Shown: positions 39,436-48,158 of the stretch, piece after piece | Position numbering within the stretch: the first letter of the stretch is position 1 | How the letters are laid out: the number at the start of each line of letters is the position of its first letter | DNA from: a virus | Virus record (IMG/VR): IMGVR_UViG_3300042945_002173 | DNA length: 64,000 nt | Reading direction: 5' to 3' (one strand) | Made by a program: the position numbers and the translations under genes | Notes under the pieces: model-generated | What the model was told of the DNA's origin: nothing | Seen by the model: the letters and a program-made list of their open reading frames with translations, nothing else | The model's database searches: none

Positions 39436-41418
39436 ATGAATAGTAAAGAATATAAAAATTTACAAGAAGCTTATAATTCAATCTATGAGGCTTTAACCGA
39501 TCAGGCAGAATTAGATAAACTTCGTAAGGCATCTGCACAAGCAACGATGGCAGGTCCTTCAAAAGAAGCACAAGCATTGATGAGTGATAGAACTAAAAGA
39601 ATGCTTGGTGCTGATAAGTTGCAAGCAGGCATTGCTGGACAGGAAAGAGTTCAGAGAATGATGAGCGGTACGCCAGAACCTACTTCTACACCAAAACCAA
39701 CTGCACCAACACCTACTAGTACAACTGCTCCTACCCCTAAACCTGCAACGACAGTTAAACCAGGAGATTTTGGTACAACAATGGGTCCTGGACCAACATT
39801 TAAGGGTGGACCAGTTCCTCCTCCAATTCAAAACAAAACTGTCATCAAATCACCTGTTCCTGATAGGAGTGCAGATTATCAGAGAGCTTGGGATAATCGT
39901 AATAATCCACTTGCTAAGGGGCAAATTAGAAATGCTTGGACTAAAATGAGCCCAGAAGAAAAGGCAGCAGCAAAAGAATGGGCAAAGACAAATAATAAAA
40001 ATTGGCAGGAAATGGGGCTTCCCGAACAGAGAGATACTTATGATCAAGTTCTACAAATTCTTTTAGATGAAGGATACTCTGAGCAAGAGTGTAATCAAAT
40101 AATGGTTCAACTTGTGAATGAGGCTGGTCTTGGGGATTTTGTTAAAGCAGTTCAGCAAAGAACTGGTATTGGCAAACCAGGTGTTGGTCCTGGTCAAGTT
40201 GCTAAGAATATTTTGAGAGCAGGAATATCCGATATTCTTGGAACTTCTATTGCAACTGGTTCTACCCCATCATCGGTAAGTGCTGCAAAACCAACTCCAA
40301 CAGTAACATCTTCACCAACGCCAGTTGTTAGAACTTCTACCAAACCTGTTAGAACTGCACCAAAAGGTGCAAATATAGCACCAGATCCTTGGAAACAACC
40401 ATCAACACCTAGAAGTTCTGCAAAACCATCTACGACTACTGCAAGAACTTCAACAACTCCAAAAGCTTTGACTGGTTCTCCAACACCAAGAGCATTATCT
40501 GGATCTCAAACTCGTGCTGCTCTTCCAAGTGGAACACGTGGAGGTGCATTGGTCAAAGGAACACCTGGTGGCGCTATAACTCCCACTGCCAAACCTGGTG
40601 CATTAGTAAAAGTTCAAAAACCTTCTACTCCAACCACAACAACAAGAGCATTACCTGGAACTAACGTCCGTGGACTACTTCCACAGGGAGTTAGAAATGT
40701 TCTGCCAGATCCTTGGAAGCAGGCAACTGATACTGCCTCTGGTGCTAGAAACTTATGGAATAGAGTTCAGCAAGCAGTTAAACCACAAGCACAATTAAAA
40801 CCATCACAGACAAATGTTCGTGGTTTGCTTCCAGCAGCAAAACCATCACCTCAAACTGCGGCAAAACCTGCAACTTCTGTAAGATCACAGCAGTTCCAAG
40901 ATGTCCAAAGATTAAACAAAATGATGAAAGGTGGTTTGATGGGAGAACTACCAAGCACTAAACCAGCATCAAAACCCGCACCTAAACCAACTGGCAATGT
41001 AGATAAGGTAGCACCCAAACCAGCAAAACCAAGTACAAAATTAAAACTTCCTCAGGGACCAGGATCTAACACTTTTGGAAATAGAAAGCAAGGATTCTCT
41101 ATTCCTGGTGGAAGATTGGGTGCTTTTGCCGCAGGTATTCAGGCATATAATACCGCAGATGCAACTCTTAAATCTTCACCTAAGTTACCAACAACTGCAA
41201 AAGATGTTAAAAAAGGTGAAACTTATTATGATCCTTCAACAAGAATAGGACCTTCTCAGAGATTTGCTCAAAGAGAAAAGGTTGGTCCAAAAATTGTTGG
41301 TCCAGGAAAAGTTGGGACTGAGGCACAATCTTTTGATAGAGCTTATAAATCTGCAAAACAAAAAGGTGGTATGGGATCTACGTTTACTTGGAAAGGTAAA
41401 TCTTATAAAGTTGAATGA
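39436..41418 (+). CDS. Pro/Thr/Lys-rich modular protein, putative internal head protein
   Basis: LQEAYNSIYE leader, degenerate YD.V...L.DEGY module, internal repeats (PDPWKQ x2, TNVRGLLP x2, GALVK x2). Confidence 0.6.
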   Translation: MNSKEYKNLQEAYNSIYEALTDQAELDKLRKASAQATMAGPSKEAQALMSDRTKRMLGADKLQAGIAGQERVQRMMSGTPEPTSTPKPTAPTPTSTTAPTPKPATTVKPGDFGTTMGPGPTFKGGPVPPPIQNKTVIKSPVPDRSADYQRAWDNRNNPLAKGQIRNAWTKMSPEEKAAAKEWAKTNNKNWQEMGLPEQRDTYDQVLQILLDEGYSEQECNQIMVQLVNEAGLGDFVKAVQQRTGIGKPGVGPGQVAKNILRAGISDILGTSIATGSTPSSVSAAKPTPTVTSSPTPVVRTSTKPVRTAPKGANIAPDPWKQPSTPRSSAKPSTTTARTSTTPKALTGSPTPRALSGSQTRAALPSGTRGGALVKGTPGGAITPTAKPGALVKVQKPSTPTTTTRALPGTNVRGLLPQGVRNVLPDPWKQATDTASGARNLWNRVQQAVKPQAQLKPSQTNVRGLLPAAKPSPQTAAKPATSVRSQQFQDVQRLNKMMKGGLMGELPSTKPASKPAPKPTGNVDKVAPKPAKPSTKLKLPQGPGSNTFGNRKQGFSIPGGRLGAFAAGIQAYNTADATLKSSPKLPTTAKDVKKGETYYDPSTRIGPSQRFAQREKVGPKIVGPGKVGTEAQSFDRAYKSAKQKGGMGSTFTWKGKSYKVE

Positions 41419-41420
41419 AC

Positions 41421-41428
41421 TATAAATA
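41421..41428 (+). promoter_or_regulatory. late promoter TATAAATA
   Basis: Exact consensus; implies the true start is ATG 41448. Confidence 0.8.
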
Positions 41429-41447
41429 TTTAAAAAGTATTCATAAA

Positions 41448-42092
41448 ATGGAAGCAAAACAAGTTAGAGATTTGATGGAGGCATATGCTTCCGTTTATAC
41501 ACAATCGGAAGAACAAGAAGTCCTTTCAGAAGATCTTCAAGGTGCAGTAGAATCGGGACTTAAAAAAGCTTCTGAGTTTATGAAGACTAATCCTGTTGGT
41601 AAAGCTGTTGGGGCAGTTATTGCTCCTGTTGGAAAGGGACGTGGCACTACAACTAAGGCAGAGCAAGAATCAAAAATTAAATCTAATAAGCAAGAAGATG
41701 TAGATCTATTTGATCTTGTAAAAGGTCATCTGATGGGTGAAGGTTTTGCTGATACCGAAGAAGCAGCACTTGTTATTATGGCAAATATGAGTGAAGATTG
41801 GAAGCAAAGTATCGTTGAGTCTATTGCTCGCGGATCTGCTCCAAATAGTCCAACTGGTACTATCGGTGGTGCTGCTAGTAGAGTTGCTGGTACTTTACTT
41901 CAAAGAGGTGCAGAACTTCTTAAAAAGAATATGCCACAGTCTGGTGGTGGTTATAGCACCAGACCTGGTGATGGTAAGCCTTATAAAGATGGTCCACTTT
42001 GGGGACCAGGTTCTTCTGATGCACCTGTAAGAAAACCAGCTCCCCAAAGAAAACCTCAGGGAGCACCTATGAGAGATGAACCACTTTGGTGA
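41448..42092 (+). CDS. MEAKQV-family modular protein (paralog 1)
   Basis: Leader MEAKQVRDLMEAYASVY plus DLFD..HL..EGFAD..IMANMSEDWKQSIVE module. Confidence 0.7.
   Translation: MEAKQVRDLMEAYASVYTQSEEQEVLSEDLQGAVESGLKKASEFMKTNPVGKAVGAVIAPVGKGRGTTTKAEQESKIKSNKQEDVDLFDLVKGHLMGEGFADTEEAALVIMANMSEDWKQSIVESIARGSAPNSPTGTIGGAASRVAGTLLQRGAELLKKNMPQSGGGYSTRPGDGKPYKDGPLWGPGSSDAPVRKPAPQRKPQGAPMRDEPLW
41763..41819 (+). repeat. 57-bp direct repeat copy 1 (54/57 identical to 42743-42799)
   Basis: gcagcacttgttattatggcaaatatgagtgaagattggaagcaaagtatcgttgag. Confidence 0.9.
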
Positions 42093-42114
42093 TTAATTTC
42101 TTATAAAACCACTT

Positions 42115-42138
42115 GGAGGTCTTACGACCTCCTTTTTT
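42115..42138 (+). terminator. rho-independent terminator
   Basis: GGAGGTC-TTAC-GACCTCC plus T6. Confidence 0.85.
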
Positions 42139-42146
42139 AATAAATA
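42139..42146 (+). promoter_or_regulatory. late promoter AATAAATA
   Basis: Between the terminator and ATG 42167. Confidence 0.7.
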
Positions 42147-42166
42147 AATAAAAAACTATTCGTAAA

Positions 42167-42958
42167 ATGGAAGCAAAACAAGTTAAAGGTCTGATGGAAG
42201 CATATGCTTCTGTCTATGCAAATATTTCAGAATCCCACTTTAAAGTTGGTGATGAAGTTATTTGCAAAGCAAGTGGAATGGAAGGTGAAGTTATTAAACT
42301 TGACAAACCTGATGGTGAAGATGATGAAAAGTACTATACCGTAAAGCGTGAAGACGGTAAGACAATGAAGTATGCGCCGAATGATTTAAAGCTTGCTAAA
42401 AAAGAGAAAGAAGAAAAAGAAGAGAAGGAAGATGTAAAAGAAGCAAAGAATGGTGGAATAAGTGGTTCTTCTGAAACAAAATTCCATAAAAAGTTGGACA
42501 GTTTAGTTCATCATACCTTTGGTAAGAGAAAAGAAGAAAAGGCAATGAAGGAAGAAACTGATGAAGGTGGAAAGCACAAAGAAGGTAAGCATTCTAAGGG
42601 TAAAGAAGAACCTGGTGAAAAGGTAACTGAGAAAGAAGGAAAAGAAAAAGAAAAAGAAGAAAAGGAAATGAAAGAGAGTGCCGATCTCTTTGATTACATT
42701 CTTGAGCACCTAGTTGCCGAAGGTTATGCTGACACCAATAAGGCAGCACTTGCTATTATGGCAAATATGAGTGAAGAGTGGAAGCAAAGTATTGTTGAGC
42801 AGAGTGCTATTGCACAAAGAACTGCATCTGCTGTTGATGATCAAAGAAGAGGTTCTTATGGTATGGCAGATGACCTCAATAAAACTAGAAAGTCTTTGGA
42901 TAAACTAAAGCCTTATCCAAATGGATTTCCTAATGCCGCTGGTGTAAAAGGAGTCTGA
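42167..42958 (+). CDS. MEAKQV-family modular protein (paralog 2)
   Basis: Leader MEAKQVKGLMEAYASVY, KOW/SH3-like FKVGDEV..G.EGEV segment, K/E-rich linker, HLVAEGYAD..MSEEWKQSIVE module. Confidence 0.7.
   Translation: MEAKQVKGLMEAYASVYANISESHFKVGDEVICKASGMEGEVIKLDKPDGEDDEKYYTVKREDGKTMKYAPNDLKLAKKEKEEKEEKEDVKEAKNGGISGSSETKFHKKLDSLVHHTFGKRKEEKAMKEETDEGGKHKEGKHSKGKEEPGEKVTEKEGKEKEKEEKEMKESADLFDYILEHLVAEGYADTNKAALAIMANMSEEWKQSIVEQSAIAQRTASAVDDQRRGSYGMADDLNKTRKSLDKLKPYPNGFPNAAGVKGV
42743..42799 (+). repeat. 57-bp direct repeat copy 2
   Basis: gcagcacttgctattatggcaaatatgagtgaagagtggaagcaaagtattgttgag. Confidence 0.9.
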
Positions 42959-43015
42959 GTCCACTTTTCAAACTGGCACATAAGAGGGTTTCACCACCCT
43001 CTTTTTTTGTATGAT
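42959..43015 (+). promoter_or_regulatory. composite element: TCCACTT-N4-AACTGGCACA motif, terminator hairpin and -10 box (TATGAT)
   Basis: Same layout as 45188-45245; hairpin AAGAGGGT/ACCCTCTT plus T-tract. Confidence 0.65.
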
Positions 43016-43037
43016 GGTTCCATAAGAAATCAAACCT

Positions 43038-45188
43038 ATGACTGTCCGCCACGAAATCAAGTCCCAACTTGCCAAACTTCTTGCCACCGAAGACCTTGTG
43101 GTTGAGCACAAGAAGGTGGAGACTGCCTGCTTCAACGTTCATACTCGTGTGTTGACTCTGCCGATGTGGGAAAAGGCAAGCAACACCGTCTATGACCTTT
43201 TGGTGGGTCACGAGGTCGGACACGCTCTCTATACGCCTGATGAGGATTGGTTGAAGGAGCACAAGATTCCGCCACAGTTTGTGAATGTGGTTGAGGATGC
43301 TCGCATTGAGAAACTGATGAAGCGCCGTTACGCTGGTCTCGCCAAGACTTTCTTCAACGGTTACAAAGAACTTGCTGACGATGATTTCTTTCAGATTGGT
43401 GATGACAATCTAGAAACTTATAATCTTGCCGATCGTGCAAACCTGTGGTTCAAGATCGGAAACTATATTGATATTCCGATTGAGCGCGGTGAAGAGACTG
43501 AGATTATCAATTTGATTGCTGATAGTGAGACTTTTGGTGATGTTCTGATTGCCGCAAAAGCACTGTATAAGTATTGTAAGCAAAAGCAACAGGAAGAAAC
43601 TAAAACTAAGATTGATAATTTGGAATCTCAAGATAGTGGTGCTACACAGCATCCTGTTTCGGATTTTATTGATCAGCAAGAAGGTGAGAATGATCAATCT
43701 GAAACTGATACTTCACAATCACCTGTTACCAGCGAAACTGAGCAGGAAAAAAAATCAACTAATTCTAGTGAAGGTGGTGAAAAGAATGAAGAACCAGAAG
43801 TCAAAACAATGGATTCTTTGGAAGAGGCATTGAAAGATCTTGTTAATAATGATGGTTATGAGAATGTCTATCTTGAACTTCCTCAACTTGATCTGAATAA
43901 AGTAATTGTTCCTAATAAGGAGATTCACGATAAGTGTAAAGAATCTTGGGATGGTTTTATTAAAGAACGTGAGTATACCTATGAAGGAATTTTTGGTGAA
44001 GTTGATAAGAAATTTGTAGAATTTAAACGGTCTGCTCAAAAGGAAGTTAATTATTTGGTAAAAGAGTTTGAATGTCGTAAGGCGGCAGATTCCTATGCTC
44101 GTGCCACAACTTCACGCACTGGTGTGTTGGATTGTTCAAAACTTCATACCTACAAATATAATGAAGATATTTTCAAGAAAGTAACCACTCTTGCCGATGG
44201 TAAGAATCACGGTCTGGTATTCATTCTTGATTGGTCTGGATCTATGCAGGATGTGATGATGGATACTGTCAAGCAACTTTTTAATCTTGTGTGGTTCTGC
44301 AAGAAAGTAAATATTCCTTTCGAAGTTTATGCTTTTACGACTGATTATCCTTTGGTGAAATACGATGATAATGGTAAAGCAACTATTCGTGAACTTTCCT
44401 ATAAAAAGAAAGATGGACTCATTCAAGTTGGCGAGTGGTTTTCTATGATGAACCTTCTTACCAGTAAGGTGAATGGTAAAACTTTGGATGAGCAGATGAA
44501 GAATATTTTTCGTCTTGCTGTTTCTTTCCGTTATAATTCTCACTGCTATTATGCTGCTCCTCTGGGTATGAGTCTTTCTGGAACTCCTTTGAACGAATCT
44601 TTGATTGCTCTGCATCAAATTCTTCCCAAATTCCAGAAAGAAAATAAACTTCAAAAAGTTCAGTGTGTAATTCTGACAGATGGTGAAGGTTGTCTTCTCA
44701 AATATCATCGTGAAGTTCAACGCCGATGGGAAGAAGATCCTTATATGGGAACTTCTCATATTGGTCCTAATGCCTTTATTCGTGATCGTAAAACAGGAAT
44801 AACTTATTCTTGTGATTGTGAGTATCACGAATTTACTGATATTCTTCTTCAAAATCTGAGAGATAAGTTTGTTGATATCAATTTCATTGGTATTCGTGTA
44901 CTTGAATCGCGTGATGCTGGATCTTTTATTCGTCGTTACTATGGATACTTTGGACCAGAATATGAAAAAGTAATGACTGCCTGGAAGAAAGAAAAGGCAT
45001 TCACGATTAAAAAGTCTGGTTATCATTCTTATTTTGGACTTTCTGCTGCAACTCTTTCGCAGGAATCTGAGTTTGAGGTTGCAGATGATGCCACAAAAGC
45101 ACAAATCAAATCTGCTTTTGTTAAGAGTTTGAAGACTAAAAAAATGAACAAGCGTATTCTTGGTGAGTTTGTTGAACTGGTTGCCTGA
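43038..45188 (+). CDS. CobT-like vWA/HExxH protein, partner of the CobS-like ATPase
   Basis: HEVGH, VVEDARIE, vWA MIDAS DWSGSM and LTDGE; upstream of a MoxR-type ATPase. Confidence 0.8.
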   Translation: MTVRHEIKSQLAKLLATEDLVVEHKKVETACFNVHTRVLTLPMWEKASNTVYDLLVGHEVGHALYTPDEDWLKEHKIPPQFVNVVEDARIEKLMKRRYAGLAKTFFNGYKELADDDFFQIGDDNLETYNLADRANLWFKIGNYIDIPIERGEETEIINLIADSETFGDVLIAAKALYKYCKQKQQEETKTKIDNLESQDSGATQHPVSDFIDQQEGENDQSETDTSQSPVTSETEQEKKSTNSSEGGEKNEEPEVKTMDSLEEALKDLVNNDGYENVYLELPQLDLNKVIVPNKEIHDKCKESWDGFIKEREYTYEGIFGEVDKKFVEFKRSAQKEVNYLVKEFECRKAADSYARATTSRTGVLDCSKLHTYKYNEDIFKKVTTLADGKNHGLVFILDWSGSMQDVMMDTVKQLFNLVWFCKKVNIPFEVYAFTTDYPLVKYDDNGKATIRELSYKKKDGLIQVGEWFSMMNLLTSKVNGKTLDEQMKNIFRLAVSFRYNSHCYYAAPLGMSLSGTPLNESLIALHQILPKFQKENKLQKVQCVILTDGEGCLLKYHREVQRRWEEDPYMGTSHIGPNAFIRDRKTGITYSCDCEYHEFTDILLQNLRDKFVDINFIGIRVLESRDAGSFIRRYYGYFGPEYEKVMTAWKKEKAFTIKKSGYHSYFGLSAATLSQESEFEVADDATKAQIKSAFVKSLKTKKMNKRILGEFVELVA

Positions 45189-45245
45189 TCCACTTTAAAA
45201 ACTGTCACAGGGGGCACTTGGTTGCCCCCTTTTTGCTTGTATAAT
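45188..45245 (+). promoter_or_regulatory. composite element: TCCACTT-N4-AACTGTCACA motif, terminator hairpin and TATAAT
   Basis: Hairpin AGGGGGCA/TGCCCCCT plus T-tract; TATAAT at 45240-45245. Confidence 0.7.
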
Positions 45246-45277
45246 TACTTTGTTGAAACAAACCACCTAACTACATT

Positions 45278-46381
45278 ATGCCTCGCAAATCTTCCGTGAA
45301 CGACAACCAACTCATTGAATCCATCAAAGAACTTTATGGTTCTGAAATCACCACTGGCGACCTTCGCGGTTTTTGTGCTTCTCGCAGTCTTAACTATCAA
45401 ACTGTTTGTCGCCATTTGGAGAACTACAAGGTTGGTCGTGGTCGTTGGAATCTGGAAGTGACTCCGACTGTTGTAAATAAAATGGAGCAAGCATATCAAG
45501 CTCCCGCTGCTCTCCCTGCTGTGGAACAAAATCTCATTCCTGAAAAAGATGATACCTTCGTCAAGTTTGGTAACTTTGCTGATATTAAAAAGATTATCCA
45601 GTCCCTTCTTTTTTATCCGACGTTTATTACGGGTCTTTCGGGTAATGGTAAAACGTTCAGCGTTGAGCAAGCGTGTGCTCAACTTAAACGAGAACTGATT
45701 CGTGTTAACATTACCATCGAAACAGATGAAGATGATTTGATCGGTGGTTTCCGTCTTGTTGATGGAAATACTGCTTGGCACAATGGTCCTGTGATTGAGG
45801 CACTGGAGCGAGGTGCAATTCTGCTTCTTGATGAAATCGACCTTGCTAGCAACAAGATTCTGTGCCTCCAATCTATCCTTGAAGGTAAAGGTGTCTTTCT
45901 GAAAAAGATTGGTCGCTGGGTAAAACCCGCTGCTGGATTCAACGTGTTTGCCACTGCCAACACCAAGGGTAAGGGTTCTGATGATGGTCGCTTCATCGGC
46001 ACCAACGTTCTCAATGAGGCATTCCTCGAGCGTTTCCCTGTGACCTTTGAGCAGTCCTATCCCGCTCCTGCTACTGAGCAAAAGATCCTGGAAGGCATCG
46101 CTCTGGATCTTGGATTGGAGGATCGTGATTTCTGCAAGCGTCTGGTAGATTGGGCAGACATCATTCGTAAGACTTTCTACGATGGTGGTATTGAGGAAAT
46201 CATCAGCACCCGCCGCCTGGTTCACATTATCCGTGCTTATAGCATCTTTGGTAACAAAGCAAAAGCAATTGATGTTTGCACTGCACGATTTGATGATGAA
46301 ACTAAGCAGGCATTCATTGAACTTTATGATAAGGTGGATGCTGATTTCCAACTTCCTGTTGACCAGGAGCAACAATCCTGA
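45278..46381 (+). CDS. cobS: CobS-like MoxR AAA+ ATPase
   Basis: GLSGNGKT Walker A, LLLDEID Walker B, ATANTKG, LNEAFLERF, ISTRRL. Confidence 0.9.
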   Translation: MPRKSSVNDNQLIESIKELYGSEITTGDLRGFCASRSLNYQTVCRHLENYKVGRGRWNLEVTPTVVNKMEQAYQAPAALPAVEQNLIPEKDDTFVKFGNFADIKKIIQSLLFYPTFITGLSGNGKTFSVEQACAQLKRELIRVNITIETDEDDLIGGFRLVDGNTAWHNGPVIEALERGAILLLDEIDLASNKILCLQSILEGKGVFLKKIGRWVKPAAGFNVFATANTKGKGSDDGRFIGTNVLNEAFLERFPVTFEQSYPAPATEQKILEGIALDLGLEDRDFCKRLVDWADIIRKTFYDGGIEEIISTRRLVHIIRAYSIFGNKAKAIDVCTARFDDETKQAFIELYDKVDADFQLPVDQEQQS

Positions 46382-46387
46382 TAGAAT
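46359..46387 (+). promoter_or_regulatory. sigma70-like promoter
   Basis: TTGACC-17nt-TAGAAT. Confidence 0.5.
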
Positions 46388-46389
46388 GT

Positions 46390-46416
46390 GAGGAGGTCAA
46401 TGTGCCTCCTCTTTTT
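46390..46416 (+). terminator. terminator hairpin after cobS
   Basis: GAGGAGG..CCTCCTC plus T5. Confidence 0.7.
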
Positions 46417-46436
46417 AACCTTTACTATGATTTAAA

Positions 46437-46955
46437 ATGTCAGAAAACTTTGAGAGCACTTACGAAAGTTCTTTGCCCACTTCTTGGAAAGACACCGTAA
46501 TCTTTGGTGGGGAAGGAACTGATACTATCTCCTTTAATGGAGCAGAGGATTTTGTGTATGCTGCACAATCTGTTCCATTCACTTATTTTGGAAATTCTTC
46601 TCCTGATACTATTACTTTTAATCTTAATATGAGTGAAACTAAAAACCATCTTTGGAAATACAATGAGGATAAAATCCTCAAAGATGTGGAAGACTATGTG
46701 ACAAGCACTTATCATGGACACTACTGTGGAGATGAGCAAGGGTATGATGACATTCAAACAATTGATCTGATGGCAGCTAAAAAACTTGCTGCTGGTTTCT
46801 GTCAGGCAAATATCCTGAAATATGGCAGTCGTTATGGTGATAAAGATGGTCGCAATAAGCGAGATCTTCTCAAAGTGATTCATTATGCTATGCTTCTGCT
46901 TCACTTTGATGGTCATTACTCTCGTAAAGACAATGGTCTTTCCGAATTCCGCTGA
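46437..46955 (+). CDS. DUF3310/SaV-like protein
   Basis: HY...IQTID, GFCQANILKYGSRYG.KDG...DLLKVIHY motifs. Confidence 0.75.
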   Translation: MSENFESTYESSLPTSWKDTVIFGGEGTDTISFNGAEDFVYAAQSVPFTYFGNSSPDTITFNLNMSETKNHLWKYNEDKILKDVEDYVTSTYHGHYCGDEQGYDDIQTIDLMAAKKLAAGFCQANILKYGSRYGDKDGRNKRDLLKVIHYAMLLLHFDGHYSRKDNGLSEFR

Positions 46956-46957
46956 TT

Positions 46958-47644
46958 ATGAAACTTAAAGATAAAACTATGAAACTTTCTGACAATACCC
47001 TGACCATTCTCAAGAATTTTGCTGGTATCAACAATTCTATTCTTGTGAAGCAGGGAAACAAACTCCGCACTATCTCTGTTGCTAAGAACATTCTTGCCGA
47101 AGCAGATATTACTGAGGAGTTTCCTCGTAGTTTTGCAATCTACGATCTCAATCAATTTCTGAATGGTCTTGGACTCCACCAGGATCCTGATCTTGATTTT
47201 ACTGAGGATTCTTATCTTAGTATCAAAGAAGGTAAGCGTCGTGTGAAGTATTTCTTTGCTGATCCTAATGTAATTATCTCTCCTCCTGATAAGGACATTC
47301 AACTTCCTTCAACGGATGTGTGTTTTCAACTGGATAGCACTTCTTTGGAAAAACTGGTGAAGGCAGCAGCAGTTTATCAACTTCCTGACCTTTCTGCTGT
47401 TGGTGAGAATGGTGTGATCAAATTGGTGGTTCGTGATAAGAAGAACGATACTTCTAACGAATATGCCATCGTTGTTGGTGAAACTGATGAAGAGTTTACC
47501 TTCAACTTTAAGGTTGAAAATATCAAGATCATCCCTGGTGCTTACGACGTGGTGGTCTCTTCTAAACTTTTGTCACAGTTCACGAATACCAAGTACAATC
47601 TGACCTATTATATTGCTCTGGAACCTGATTCTACATTTGGTTGA
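46958..47644 (+). CDS. g45: sliding clamp gp45
   Basis: MKLSDNTLTILKNFAGINNSI, FAIYDLNQFL, YYIALE. Confidence 0.96.
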   Translation: MKLKDKTMKLSDNTLTILKNFAGINNSILVKQGNKLRTISVAKNILAEADITEEFPRSFAIYDLNQFLNGLGLHQDPDLDFTEDSYLSIKEGKRRVKYFFADPNVIISPPDKDIQLPSTDVCFQLDSTSLEKLVKAAAVYQLPDLSAVGENGVIKLVVRDKKNDTSNEYAIVVGETDEEFTFNFKVENIKIIPGAYDVVVSSKLLSQFTNTKYNLTYYIALEPDSTFG

Positions 47645-48156
47645 TGAACATTTTTGTTACTTCTCCTTGGCCTGCTGAGAGTGCTATTTGCCTCCCCGAT
47701 AAGCACATCGTCAAAATGCCCTTAGAATGTTGCCAAATGCTTTCTATTGTGGCATCAGACAAGTGGGGATACGGGTATGGTACTCTTCCTAAGGCAGATG
47801 GAACCCCTTACAGGACCGAGAAAGGAGCATTCCGCAATCATCCCTGTACTAAGTGGGCATTGGAGAGTATCCATAATGCCTACTGGTTAATTAAGTGGGG
47901 GTTGAACTTGTCAGATGAATACTGTTTGCGGTATAATAAAACTCACTCCTGTTATAAAACCCTAGTGGATGCATATTATTTGTTTCCTAAGGGTAAGATT
48001 ACAGAAGTGACTCCATTTGCTCGTGCTATGCCTGAGGAGTGGAAGTTTGACAACACTATTGATACATTTGAAGCATACAAGAAATATATCGCATCCAAAC
48101 CTTGGGTTGCCGATAATTACCTTCGTATGCCTGAAAGAAAACCTGATTGGATTTGA
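47644..48156 (+). CDS. pyrimidine-dimer DNA glycosylase-like protein
   Basis: MNIF......A..LPDKHIVKMPLE..QML, NHPCTKW, FARAMP motifs. Confidence 0.7.
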   Translation: MNIFVTSPWPAESAICLPDKHIVKMPLECCQMLSIVASDKWGYGYGTLPKADGTPYRTEKGAFRNHPCTKWALESIHNAYWLIKWGLNLSDEYCLRYNKTHSCYKTLVDAYYLFPKGKITEVTPFARAMPEEWKFDNTIDTFEAYKKYIASKPWVADNYLRMPERKPDWI

Positions 48157-48158
48157 TT

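Noticed and set aside
44136-45104. 322-aa minus-strand ORF antisense to the CobT-like gene
   Set aside because: I/F/K-rich composition typical of an antisense frame of T-ending codons; no SD or promoter support
45245-46375. 376-aa minus-strand ORF antisense to cobS
   Set aside because: Shadow of a well-supported + strand gene; no recognisable motifs; every credible gene in the window is on the + strand
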